Shown one piece after another: positions 48,791 through 57,651 of a stretch of DNA of 64,000 nucleotides. Source of the stretch: a virus; IMG/VR virus record IMGVR_UViG_3300030117_007501, positions 94,283 to 158,282 of that record; one strand, written 5' to 3'. The first letter of the stretch is position 1. The number at the start of each line of letters is the position of its first letter. The notes below the pieces were generated by a model. That model saw nothing but the letters and a program-made list of their open reading frames with translations. It had not been told where the DNA came from and did no database searches. The translations under genes were made by a program, and so were the position numbers.

Positions 48791-48813
48791 ATAAAAGATA
48801 TACTGGAGGTATA

Positions 48814-51800
48814 ATGGCGTTTAAGATTGCGCATATTAGCGACGTACACATTAGGAATTATAGGTATCATGATGTGTATGAAGTAGTGTTTGAGAATTTA
48901 TATAAAATCCTAGAAGAAGAAAAGCCTGATATCATTATCAACACTGGAGACACTTGCCACACGAAGTTGCAAATTTCTCCTTCCTTTGTTGATGTGACAA
49001 GAAAGTTTTTCGAAAGACTGTCGGACATTGCTCCGCACCACGTCATATTGGGAAACCATGATTTAAATTTAAGAAACCCCAGCAAGATGGACGCCATCTC
49101 ACCGATAGTTTCTAGTTTAAAGCACCCAAATCTATACTTACACAAATACTCTGCGGAGGTTGAGGTTTCGCCTGGAATCTTCATAAATGTATTATCTGTG
49201 CTAGATAGGGAAAATTGGATAAAGCCGACAAATCAGGATGTGGTTAATATCGCTCTTTTTCATGGCTCTGTCGCTGGAGTAAAGACTGACACTGGATGGG
49301 TTATGGAGCACGGAGATATTGATATTTCCGAGTTTGAAGGATTCGACTATGTTATGCTTGGTGATATTCACAAAACTTTTCAAAAGCTAGATTCAGAGGG
49401 TAGGGTTTGTTATCCTGGATCTTTGATTCAGCAGAATCACGGCGAAACAAACGATAAGGGATTCTTGTTGTGGGAAATAGAGGACAAGGATAATTTTAGT
49501 TGTCGACATATAAAGATAGAAAACCCTAAGCCATTCGTCACAATCCAGTTGACTCCGAAGGGTAGAATTCCGAAAGGTACGAACATTAATCCTGGCGCCC
49601 GCTTGCGCCTCGTAACAAACAACAATCTTCCTCTCGACGCCCTTCGAAGAGCGGTGGATGTAGCAAAGCATCGCTTTAAGCCTGAGAGCGTAACTTTCTT
49701 AAACAGGGGAGCAGGAGCTTCCGTGTCGATGGATGACGCCACTAAGAACTTGGCTCAAGAGGATTTGCGGGACATAACAGTACAAGAAACTCTAATAAAA
49801 GAGTACTTAAAAGAACATCAGGTGGAAGACGACGTGATGCAGACTGTGCTCGATTTGAACCGACGCTACAATGCATCTATAACAGAGAGCGAAGAAGTAT
49901 CAAGAAATGTAAACTGGAACTTAAAGTCTGCCGAGTGGAGTAACCTGTTTAACTACGGTGAAGGAAACAAGATTGATTTTACAAAATTAAATGGCATAGT
50001 CGGAATATTCGGTAAGAATTATTCAGGCAAGTCATCACTGATTGATCAAATGTTGTACACCCTGTACAACTCTACGTCAAAAAACGTCCGAAAGAATCTG
50101 GATTTGATAAACCAGAACAAGGAGAAGGCGGAAGGTAAAGTTGTTATTACCGTGGGAGACAAAGATTATACAATTGAGAGGACTTCTGAAAAGTATACAA
50201 AAAGGCTTAAGGGCAAAGAAACTCTTGAGGCAAAGACAGATGTTGAGTTTTATACAACCGATTTGTTGGGTGAAGTGATAACTCTAACCGGCACAGCGAG
50301 AAGTGATACCGACAAAAACATCAGAAAAATATTTGGTACTTTGGATGATTTTCTTTTGACATCGATGGCTAGTCAGTTGGGCTCGCTATCTTTTGTCAAC
50401 GAGGGCTCCACAAAGAGGAAAGAAATATTAGCTAAGTTTCTGGATTTAGAGGTTTTCGAAAGAAAGTTCCGACTGGCAAAGGAGGACTCTCAAGAGACGA
50501 GAGCAATCTTAAACAGGCTAGAGGGGAGAGATTACCACAAGGAAATTACTGATATTGAGATAGAGTTAGAAAAAAGCAGAATTCTCACAGAAGAAAATAA
50601 GACTGTATGCGAGAATTATAGAGGGGAGATATCGGAAGCTTCAGAGGAGATAGATGCAATACAGGGCAATATCGACTCTGTACCAGCGGAGATTATAGAC
50701 ATTAGAACCCTCAAAGCTGACATGGAGAGCGCTGAGAGAGACATTTCTTTCTTGAATATTGAAAACGGGGAAATAGAAAATTCCCTATTGGAAAATCAGC
50801 TTTTATATAAAAAGATAGAGGATTTTCTAAATAATTATGACATTGAAGAGTGTATGCGTGATAGCGAAACAATCAAGCAAAAGAGGGAGGAACTAGACAA
50901 TGTTCTCTTGGCTATCAAAGAAGAAGAATCAAAACTTAGCACAAACAGAAGGAAAGTCACACTTCTCTCTGAAGTTCCTTGTGGTTCTGAGTTTTCTCAT
51001 TGTAAGTTTATTAGCGATGCATATGCTGCAAAAGACTTGGTTAAAGTATCAGAAAGAAATACACAGGAGAATGAGAGAGCGAGGAATACGTTAGAGCAAG
51101 AAATTGAGGACATGAATCCTGAACGTGTAGCAGAGCATCTAAACAAGTACAATCAAGTTCTAGAAAAGAAAAACAATGTAGCAAACAACATAAGCTCAGA
51201 ACAAATCAAATTTGAAAAGAACAAGACGAGTGTTTTGCAACTCGAGATTTCTTTAAAAGAAATGAAAAAGAAGGCGTTTGAGTATGAGGAAAACAAAGAG
51301 GCTATCGAGAATCTTGAAGGCTTAATCGATCATAGAAATAGATTAATCAAGTTTAAAGAAGAGCGACAGCATGCTCTAGAACAATGTCTTGAGGATACGG
51401 CGTCGCTTTATCGACAAAATGGCTCTCTCGAGGAGAAGTTAAATTCTCTAACAGAAAGCAGAGACACTCTAGAAAAAATGAGAGAAGAGTACTCTGCGTA
51501 TGATTTGCTTATGACGTGTTATCACTCTAATGGTATTTCGTATGATATTATCAAGAGGAGACTTCCCCTCATTAATGATGAGGTGGCAAAGATTTTGACA
51601 GATGTTGTTGAGTTCGAGGTTTTTATCGAGAATGAGGAAAAGAAGCTCGATATATTTATCAAGCACCCTAGGCACGATCCGCGGCCGCTGGAGCTTGGCT
51701 CTGGAGCTGAAAAAACCATTGCAGCAATGGCTATTCGTCTGGCTCTTTTGTCGGTGTCAAGCTTGCCGAAGCCGGATATCTTTATATTGGATGAGCCTGG

Positions 51801-51969
51801 TACCGCTCTAGATGAGGAAAATATGGAGGGTTTTGTCAGAATTCTGGATATGGTGAAGAATTATTTCAAGACAGTTGTTCTAATATCTCATTTGGATGCG
51901 CTGAAAGATTGTGTGGATTCTCAAATTTTGATAGAAAAGAGTGAAGGTTTTGCTCACGTTAATGTATAA
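48814..51969 (+). CDS. fused Mre11/SbcD nuclease - Rad50/SbcC ATPase (gp47-gp46 fusion)
   Basis: ISDVH, TGD, LGNHD, FHG, LGDIH, YPGS phosphoesterase motifs; Walker A GKNYSGKSS, long coiled coil, signature GSGAEK, Walker B FILDEP, LISH. Confidence 0.93.
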   Translation: MAFKIAHISDVHIRNYRYHDVYEVVFENLYKILEEEKPDIIINTGDTCHTKLQISPSFVDVTRKFFERLSDIAPHHVILGNHDLNLRNPSKMDAISPIVSSLKHPNLYLHKYSAEVEVSPGIFINVLSVLDRENWIKPTNQDVVNIALFHGSVAGVKTDTGWVMEHGDIDISEFEGFDYVMLGDIHKTFQKLDSEGRVCYPGSLIQQNHGETNDKGFLLWEIEDKDNFSCRHIKIENPKPFVTIQLTPKGRIPKGTNINPGARLRLVTNNNLPLDALRRAVDVAKHRFKPESVTFLNRGAGASVSMDDATKNLAQEDLRDITVQETLIKEYLKEHQVEDDVMQTVLDLNRRYNASITESEEVSRNVNWNLKSAEWSNLFNYGEGNKIDFTKLNGIVGIFGKNYSGKSSLIDQMLYTLYNSTSKNVRKNLDLINQNKEKAEGKVVITVGDKDYTIERTSEKYTKRLKGKETLEAKTDVEFYTTDLLGEVITLTGTARSDTDKNIRKIFGTLDDFLLTSMASQLGSLSFVNEGSTKRKEILAKFLDLEVFERKFRLAKEDSQETRAILNRLEGRDYHKEITDIEIELEKSRILTEENKTVCENYRGEISEASEEIDAIQGNIDSVPAEIIDIRTLKADMESAERDISFLNIENGEIENSLLENQLLYKKIEDFLNNYDIEECMRDSETIKQKREELDNVLLAIKEEESKLSTNRRKVTLLSEVPCGSEFSHCKFISDAYAAKDLVKVSERNTQENERARNTLEQEIEDMNPERVAEHLNKYNQVLEKKNNVANNISSEQIKFEKNKTSVLQLEISLKEMKKKAFEYEENKEAIENLEGLIDHRNRLIKFKEERQHALEQCLEDTASLYRQNGSLEEKLNSLTESRDTLEKMREEYSAYDLLMTCYHSNGISYDIIKRRLPLINDEVAKILTDVVEFEVFIENEEKKLDIFIKHPRHDPRPLELGSGAEKTIAAMAIRLALLSVSSLPKPDIFILDEPGTALDEENMEGFVRILDMVKNYFKTVVLISHLDALKDCVDSQILIEKSEGFAHVNV

Positions 51970-51992
51970 TACTAAGAAAGGAGGAGAATACT

Positions 51993-52199
51993 ATGACAGA
52001 ACAAATGAAGGCATTTGCTGACAAGTATGTGGAAAGATTTATTTCTAGAAAATTTCTCGCATGGGCTACTGCTACCGGCTTGTGTGCTTACGGCACTGTG
52101 ACTAGCGACAATTGGACAGCAGTGACTTTGGCTTACATTGGAACTCAGGCTTTGGTGGACATGGCTGTGAAATGGAAGCACGGTCCGGACAAGCGATGA
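51993..52199 (+). CDS. putative holin-like small membrane protein
   Basis: 68 aa, FISRKFLAW motif, two hydrophobic segments, basic C-terminus; AGGAGG SD. Confidence 0.55.
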   Translation: MTEQMKAFADKYVERFISRKFLAWATATGLCAYGTVTSDNWTAVTLAYIGTQALVDMAVKWKHGPDKR

Positions 52200-52600
52200 G
52201 TTGGTTGATATTTAAAGAATTCTGTTCAAAGTCTTGGGTTTGGCTAAAAGAGCATTGGCAAATACCATTCTTGATTGCGTGGTCGATAATCATATGGGTA
52301 ACAGCACGAAAAGACTTTGACGCAGCTTTGGCGGTAATAGAAGCAAAAAAGAAATCTTATGAGGAGCAAATATCCGCGATAAAGGATGCTCACAACAAGG
52401 AGATTCTAAAAAGAGAAAATCTCGTAAAAGAATATAATGAAATGCTTTCCAAAGTTGAGAAGGAATTCGAAGATAAGCAAAAGAAATTAGAAGAACACCA
52501 CAAGGCAAAAATAAGAGAAGTGGTTGTGAAATCAAAAAACAATCCAGAAGAGGTGAAAAGAGAAATTGAAAGAATATTCGATTTTAAACATGTTGAGTAG
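52196..52600 (+). CDS. N-terminally anchored coiled-coil protein (inner-membrane spanin-like)
   Basis: ATGA overlap with the holin candidate; WQIPFLIAWSIIIWV TM segment then long coiled coil. Confidence 0.5.
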   Translation: MSWLIFKEFCSKSWVWLKEHWQIPFLIAWSIIIWVTARKDFDAALAVIEAKKKSYEEQISAIKDAHNKEILKRENLVKEYNEMLSKVEKEFEDKQKKLEEHHKAKIREVVVKSKNNPEEVKREIERIFDFKHVE

Positions 52601-53054
52601 AGTGTTGGTAGTTTGCATTGTTTTTAATGCGTGTCCAGTGTATTCCCAGCCAGCTTCGGAGGCTCCAAGTTTTACGTATCTCAAAAAGGGGGAGTCACTC
52701 TTGAATCTTGATTCTGCTTGGTGTTATAGTGACAAGGCAAACGCGATACTTATAACATCTGCAGAAAGGGCAGAGAAGAGATGCCAACTAGAAGCAGAGC
52801 TTCAGTTTACAAAAGATAAAGCAAAACATGATTTAGAGGTAGGGCTTCTGAGGGCTCACATAAAATCGATAGAGTCTTCTCATTCCCGAGTCGAAGCTGC
52901 CTTAAAAGTGGAGAACGAGAATTTAACCAAAGTGGCTCTAGATCGCCCAACCGATATGAGGATGTGGTTTGCTGCCGGAGGCTTCGCTGTTGGGATAGCT
53001 ACTACTTTGCTGATAGGGTGGCTAACTGTCTCTGCTCAGACGGGGTTCCAATAA
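52590..53054 (+). CDS. secreted coiled-coil protein with C-terminal TM helix (spanin-like)
   Basis: Signal-like MLSRVLVVCIVFNAC, central coiled coil, C-terminal WFAAGGFAVGIATTLLIGWL; overlaps the previous gene. Confidence 0.45.
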   Translation: MLSRVLVVCIVFNACPVYSQPASEAPSFTYLKKGESLLNLDSAWCYSDKANAILITSAERAEKRCQLEAELQFTKDKAKHDLEVGLLRAHIKSIESSHSRVEAALKVENENLTKVALDRPTDMRMWFAAGGFAVGIATTLLIGWLTVSAQTGFQ

Positions 53055-53434
53055 TGTCGACAGATTATGATAGGATTGCAAGGTTTGAAAAAGCCATATC
53101 TAAAAAATATGGGAAAGAGGCAATTAAGAATCCAAAAGGCGAATGGACAGATGAAAAAGAAAAAGAATTCATTGAGCAGATGAAGGAATTTTATAATAGG
53201 TTAGAGAAAAATTCTGAAAAATCCGAAAAAGAAAAAGTAAAAGGGGTTCTCGTATCAAAAAGAATCCTATCCAGAAAGTCAGACAGAGAATGCCCTGTGT
53301 GTGAAAAGTACTCCTTCGAAAGAAAAGACGATTTGTATATGAACAAATTTCAGTGCTGTTTCGATTGTTTTATACTCCACGTAGAGGGGAGGGAAGAGCG
53401 TTGGCTCTCCGGTTGGCGACCGGAAATAGATTAG
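53054..53434 (+). CDS. hypothetical zinc-finger protein
   Basis: TAATG-coupled start; CPVC...CCFDC motif. Confidence 0.65.
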   Translation: MSTDYDRIARFEKAISKKYGKEAIKNPKGEWTDEKEKEFIEQMKEFYNRLEKNSEKSEKEKVKGVLVSKRILSRKSDRECPVCEKYSFERKDDLYMNKFQCCFDCFILHVEGREERWLSGWRPEID

Positions 53435-53453
53435 CTTAAATGCGTTTAAAGAA

Positions 53454-53460
53454 CTACTTA
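53454..53460 (+). promoter_or_regulatory. candidate late promoter motif CTACTTA
   Basis: Intergenic, at the head of the terminase/portal operon. Confidence 0.45.
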
Positions 53461-53506
53461 TGTTTAGGAGTCCTTTATTTAAAGTACAGAGAGGGAGCGT
53501 AATAAA

Positions 53507-54082
53507 ATGGCAAGCACAATAGAAATTATCAATGGCATATCACAAGCCGCAGCGAACGCACACGATGGAGCAGTAGATTCGGACGGAGAAGCTGTAAGCG
53601 TTGGACTCAAGAGGGAGGAGGGGAACCCCCTTGTTGACTCGCGAGTTATGGACGGCTTTAGTGTTAAGGTATATGGAAATAAGTTGTGTATCGGGTACCA
53701 TTCTGAAATAAACATTAAAGATGTTCATCAAAACAGCTTTGAATCTGATATCGAGCAGATGATAGCGGACATCGCCTCCTTTCTTAAAAAGGAGTATAAA
53801 AAGATTACAGGCAGCGCCCTAAGTTTGAAAAAGGAAGGAGAAATAGATATCTTCGTCCAGAACATATCGAGAGTACGCTCGATTGTTCAAGCAAAGTGTC
53901 ATTACGTTATCGGAAATATCGATGCAGAGGCAGTCAAGGAGCCAAGCGAAGACAGGCTCGAAGACAGCATTAAAAAGTGGCTTGCCTTGGGCGACGGCAA
54001 GAAAGCGCAAAACGACAGCAGAAAAAAGGATAGCTTCGATCATTTTGATCCTACAAACATAAAAGCTGGCATTCGAAAGTGA
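53507..54082 (+). CDS. conserved-looking hypothetical protein upstream of terminase
   Basis: 191-aa ORF with GGAG SD directly upstream of terL. Confidence 0.6.
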   Translation: MASTIEIINGISQAAANAHDGAVDSDGEAVSVGLKREEGNPLVDSRVMDGFSVKVYGNKLCIGYHSEINIKDVHQNSFESDIEQMIADIASFLKKEYKKITGSALSLKKEGEIDIFVQNISRVRSIVQAKCHYVIGNIDAEAVKEPSEDRLEDSIKKWLALGDGKKAQNDSRKKDSFDHFDPTNIKAGIRK

Positions 54083-54085
54083 TAA

Positions 54086-55672
54086 ATGACATTTCGTTTG
54101 ACAAAAAAAGAAATGATGAAGGAGATTGTCAAGTGTGGCAAAGATCCCGTCTACTTTATAGATTCATATTCTAAAATAACACACCCCCAAGAAGGCTTGA
54201 TACCATTCAGGCTGTATGACTTTCAGAAAGATTTACTAAGAGACTATCAGGACGATAGATTTAACGTGATACTTAAGGCGCGACAGCTTGGAATATCAAC
54301 TGTTACTGCTTCTTATATCGTGTGGCTCATGCTGTTTCACAGAGAAAAGAATGTCTTGGTGGTTGCAACCAAGCTATCGGTTGCAGCAAACTTGGTAAAG
54401 AAAGTTAAATTAGCCATTAAGAATTTACCAGATTGGCTTAGAATAGCTAACGTAACAATCGACAACAGAAACTCTTTCGAGCTATCCAATGGATCCTTAA
54501 TAAAGGCATCATCCACCAGTGGCGATGCTGGACGTTCTGAAGCGCTTTCTTTGCTAGTTGTTGACGAGGCAGCGCACGTTGAAGGTATGGATGACTTGTG
54601 GACTGCTCTGTATTCAACACTGTCGACAGGTGGACGCTGTATTGCCCTGTCTTCTCCCAACGGCGTCGGAAACTGGTTTCATAAAACTTACACAGAAGCA
54701 GCAGAAGGGAGAAACGATTTTAAGCCAACTAGGTTAACGTGGGATGTGCACCCCGACAGGGATAAGAACTGGTACGAAAAAGAAACCAGAAATATGTCTC
54801 GACGCGACATAGCTCAGGAGTTGGAATGCAGCTTTAACATGTCGGGCGAAACCGTGTTTCATGGAGAAGACATCGATAGAATGTTGGAAAAAATATGTGA
54901 TCCGAAATACAAGACAGGGTTTGACAGAAACTTGTGGATATGGGAAGAATATCAGCAAGGCTCAAGTTATATTATTTCAGCTGATGTTGCGAGAGGTGAC
55001 GGCAAAGACTATTCTGTTTTCCATGTGATAAAACTAGAAACGATGGAAATTATAGCCGAATACCAAGGAAAGGTAACTCCTGACATATTCTCGAGAATTC
55101 TCTTCGACACGGGAAGAGAGTACGGCAATTGCATGTTAATAGTGGAAAATAATTCAGTCGGTTTTGCAGTGTTGGATAAGCTGGTGGAGAGTGGGTATCC
55201 AAATATTTATTATTCTATTAAGTCGACTCACGAATATGTTGATCAGTATGAAGCAGAGCTTCGAAGCAATTCGGTGCCTGGTTTTACGACGTCGATGAAA
55301 ACACGCCCTCTTATTATTGCAAAGATGGAAGAATTCGTAAGAAATAAACTAATTACCATATATTCTTCCAGGCTTTTTAACGAAATGAAAACATTTGTCT
55401 GGAATCACGGCCGCCCACAGGCTATGAGATCTTACAACGACGATCTAATAATGGCATGTGCGGTGGGTTGCTGGGTAAGAGACACGGCGCTAGTTGTCGA
55501 TAAAAAGGACATAGAGTATAAAAAAGCTATGATTGATTCAATGATAAGAACCAGCACAAAACTAAATACATCAATAAAGGGTATGCAGGGCTATAAAAGT
55601 AATGAAATATCTGATAGAATGAAGGAACACGCAAAGGCACAGATAGACTATCCGTGGTTGTTTAGGGGATAA
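54086..55672 (+). CDS. terL: terminase large subunit (T4 gp17-like)
   Basis: CGKDPVYF, LYDFQ, KARQLGIST (deviant Walker A), LLVVDEAA, SSPNG; nuclease ADVARG..DYS, VENN, DDLIMA. Confidence 0.95.
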   Translation: MTFRLTKKEMMKEIVKCGKDPVYFIDSYSKITHPQEGLIPFRLYDFQKDLLRDYQDDRFNVILKARQLGISTVTASYIVWLMLFHREKNVLVVATKLSVAANLVKKVKLAIKNLPDWLRIANVTIDNRNSFELSNGSLIKASSTSGDAGRSEALSLLVVDEAAHVEGMDDLWTALYSTLSTGGRCIALSSPNGVGNWFHKTYTEAAEGRNDFKPTRLTWDVHPDRDKNWYEKETRNMSRRDIAQELECSFNMSGETVFHGEDIDRMLEKICDPKYKTGFDRNLWIWEEYQQGSSYIISADVARGDGKDYSVFHVIKLETMEIIAEYQGKVTPDIFSRILFDTGREYGNCMLIVENNSVGFAVLDKLVESGYPNIYYSIKSTHEYVDQYEAELRSNSVPGFTTSMKTRPLIIAKMEEFVRNKLITIYSSRLFNEMKTFVWNHGRPQAMRSYNDDLIMACAVGCWVRDTALVVDKKDIEYKKAMIDSMIRTSTKLNTSIKGMQGYKSNEISDRMKEHAKAQIDYPWLFRG

Positions 55673-55674
55673 GA

Positions 55675-57651
55675 ATGGCAGACAAAAATAAGAATCCGAG
55701 AAATGCAGAAAACTTGTTGTTTAGAAGACTGACAAGGTTGCTTTCGGGCCCGTTAGTTAATTACAGGACTCAAACTGGCAGACGAATAAGAAGAATAGAT
55801 TTAGACAAATTCGCAGATAGATTCAAGTCTGCCTCCGGCCAACACTTTAAAAAGATGGCTTACGATCCATTCTCCAACTTGCAAGCCAATGTTATGGCAG
55901 GGCAGGCTAGAACCGAGAGATATGTTGATTTTGATCAGATGGAGTACACTCCAGAGATAGCATCCTCTTTAGATATCTATGCGGACGAGATGACTACCAG
56001 CAGCAAATTGCAGCCCCTAATTAGTATAGATTGCCCTAACGAAGAGATTAAGCAGCTCTTAAATTCTCTGTATTATAACATCATAAATGTTGAATTCAAT
56101 TTGTTTGGATGGAGTCGGACTATGTGCAAGTACGGAGATATGTTTCTGTATTTGGATATAGATGAAGATAGGGGAATTCAATCTGTTATTGGATTGCCGA
56201 CTGCCGAAATGGAAAGACTGGAAGGCGAAGACAAGACAAATCCAAATTATGTTCAGTTTCAGTGGAATTCTGCAGGAATGACTTTTGAAAACTGGCAAGT
56301 TGCACACTTCAGAATACTAGGCAACGACAAGTATGCGCCATACGGCACAGCTGTTTTGGAGCCTGCCAGAAGAATATGGCGACAGTTGACTTTGCTTGAA
56401 GATGCTATGATGGCATATCGTATTGTCCGATCACCAGAAAGAAGGGTGTTTTACGTTGATGTCGGAAACATTCCTCCAAATGACGTCGAGCAGTTCATGC
56501 AAAAGATAATGACTCAAATGAAGAGGCATCAGGTTGTCGATCCAGACACAGGGCGTGTGGATTTGAGATATAACCCTCTCTCTATCGACGAAGACTATTT
56601 TATTCCTATTCGAGGCGGACAGTCCTCGCGAGTGGAAAATTTGCCAGGCGGACAATACACCGGAGATATCGACGATGTGAAGTATCTCAGAGACAAGTTG
56701 TTCTCCGCTCTTAAGGTGCCCCAGTCTTACCTCTCTCGCGGAGAAGGCTCAGAAGAAGATAAAACAACTTTGGCACAGAAAGATATTCGCTTTGCTCGTA
56801 CAATACAGCGCCTGCAGAGATCTTTGATAACTGAGCTTGAGAAGATTGGCATAATACACTTGTATGTGCTGGGTTTCCGAGAAGACGACTTGGTATCTTT
56901 TAAATTGGCTTTGAATAACCCGTCTAAGCTTGCAGAGCTTCAGGAGCTGGAGCATTGGAAGACAAAGTTTGACACAGCCTCGTCAGCTACTGAGGGATTC
57001 TTCAGTAAGCGTTGGTTGGCGAAGAAGATGTTTGGCATGACAGACGAAGAGTTCATGAGAAACCAAAGAGAAATGTTCTACGACAGGAAGTTCGAAGCTA
57101 CCTTGGAGGTTGTCGGTGAAGCAGAGCAGGCATCCGTTGCAGGTGAAGCGCCTCCCGCCGCAGGCGGAGATATACTGGGCGGCGAGCCTCTCCCCGGAGA
57201 AGAAGAAGGTGGAGAGGTTGATTTACCCGGCGCCGAAGCAGATACGGGGGCACCTGAAGTTGAGCCCGGTGACGAGCCTGCTGCAGAGGGCGAGGAAGAC
57301 GTCCTCTTAGCAACTCCGGGAAAGAGAAAAGACAAAGCACCAAGAATCACACCTGGCGCAAAAGGAAAGGTATATACCCCAGTTGATGTCGATAAACGTC
57401 AATCTGCCGGCAGAGGGAAGCAAATGAAAGGATCGTGGAATCACGAAACTTCGCGAAACACAACTAGGAATATTTCTCCCGGCTCGTCTGATCTACTGGG
57501 GCTAGGAAGAGGAATTTACGAGGAAGTAGAGAAAGTGAACTCTAATTATAAAGAGGAAGAGAAAAGATTATTCGAAGTTAACAAAGACATTAAACGGTTA
57601 ATATCAGGACTAGGACTGAGGGAAGAAAAAGATGAGACTAAAGCACAATAA
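55675..57651 (+). CDS. gp20: portal protein (T4 gp20-like)
   Basis: LEDAMMAYRIVRSPERRVFYVDVGN, EDYFIP.RGG, LPGG, DDVKYLRDKLFSALKVP, DIRFAR.IQRLQ; long acidic C-terminal extension. Confidence 0.95.
   Translation: MADKNKNPRNAENLLFRRLTRLLSGPLVNYRTQTGRRIRRIDLDKFADRFKSASGQHFKKMAYDPFSNLQANVMAGQARTERYVDFDQMEYTPEIASSLDIYADEMTTSSKLQPLISIDCPNEEIKQLLNSLYYNIINVEFNLFGWSRTMCKYGDMFLYLDIDEDRGIQSVIGLPTAEMERLEGEDKTNPNYVQFQWNSAGMTFENWQVAHFRILGNDKYAPYGTAVLEPARRIWRQLTLLEDAMMAYRIVRSPERRVFYVDVGNIPPNDVEQFMQKIMTQMKRHQVVDPDTGRVDLRYNPLSIDEDYFIPIRGGQSSRVENLPGGQYTGDIDDVKYLRDKLFSALKVPQSYLSRGEGSEEDKTTLAQKDIRFARTIQRLQRSLITELEKIGIIHLYVLGFREDDLVSFKLALNNPSKLAELQELEHWKTKFDTASSATEGFFSKRWLAKKMFGMTDEEFMRNQREMFYDRKFEATLEVVGEAEQASVAGEAPPAAGGDILGGEPLPGEEEGGEVDLPGAEADTGAPEVEPGDEPAAEGEEDVLLATPGKRKDKAPRITPGAKGKVYTPVDVDKRQSAGRGKQMKGSWNHETSRNTTRNISPGSSDLLGLGRGIYEEVEKVNSNYKEEEKRLFEVNKDIKRLISGLGLREEKDETKAQ

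Noticed and set aside
52112-52195. Upstream extensions in the ORF track (starts 52112, 52566, 52964, 47600, 59398)
   Set aside because: Downstream starts coupled to upstream stops or SDs (52196, 52590, 53054, 47630, 59437) fit better
53408-53424. Hairpin TCCGGT-N5-ACCGGA
   Set aside because: Within coding sequence with no U-tract; too short to call a terminator
54086-57651. Inteins or introns in terminase or portal
   Set aside because: Core motifs are contiguous with normal spacing; no C...HN splice motifs or homing endonuclease seen
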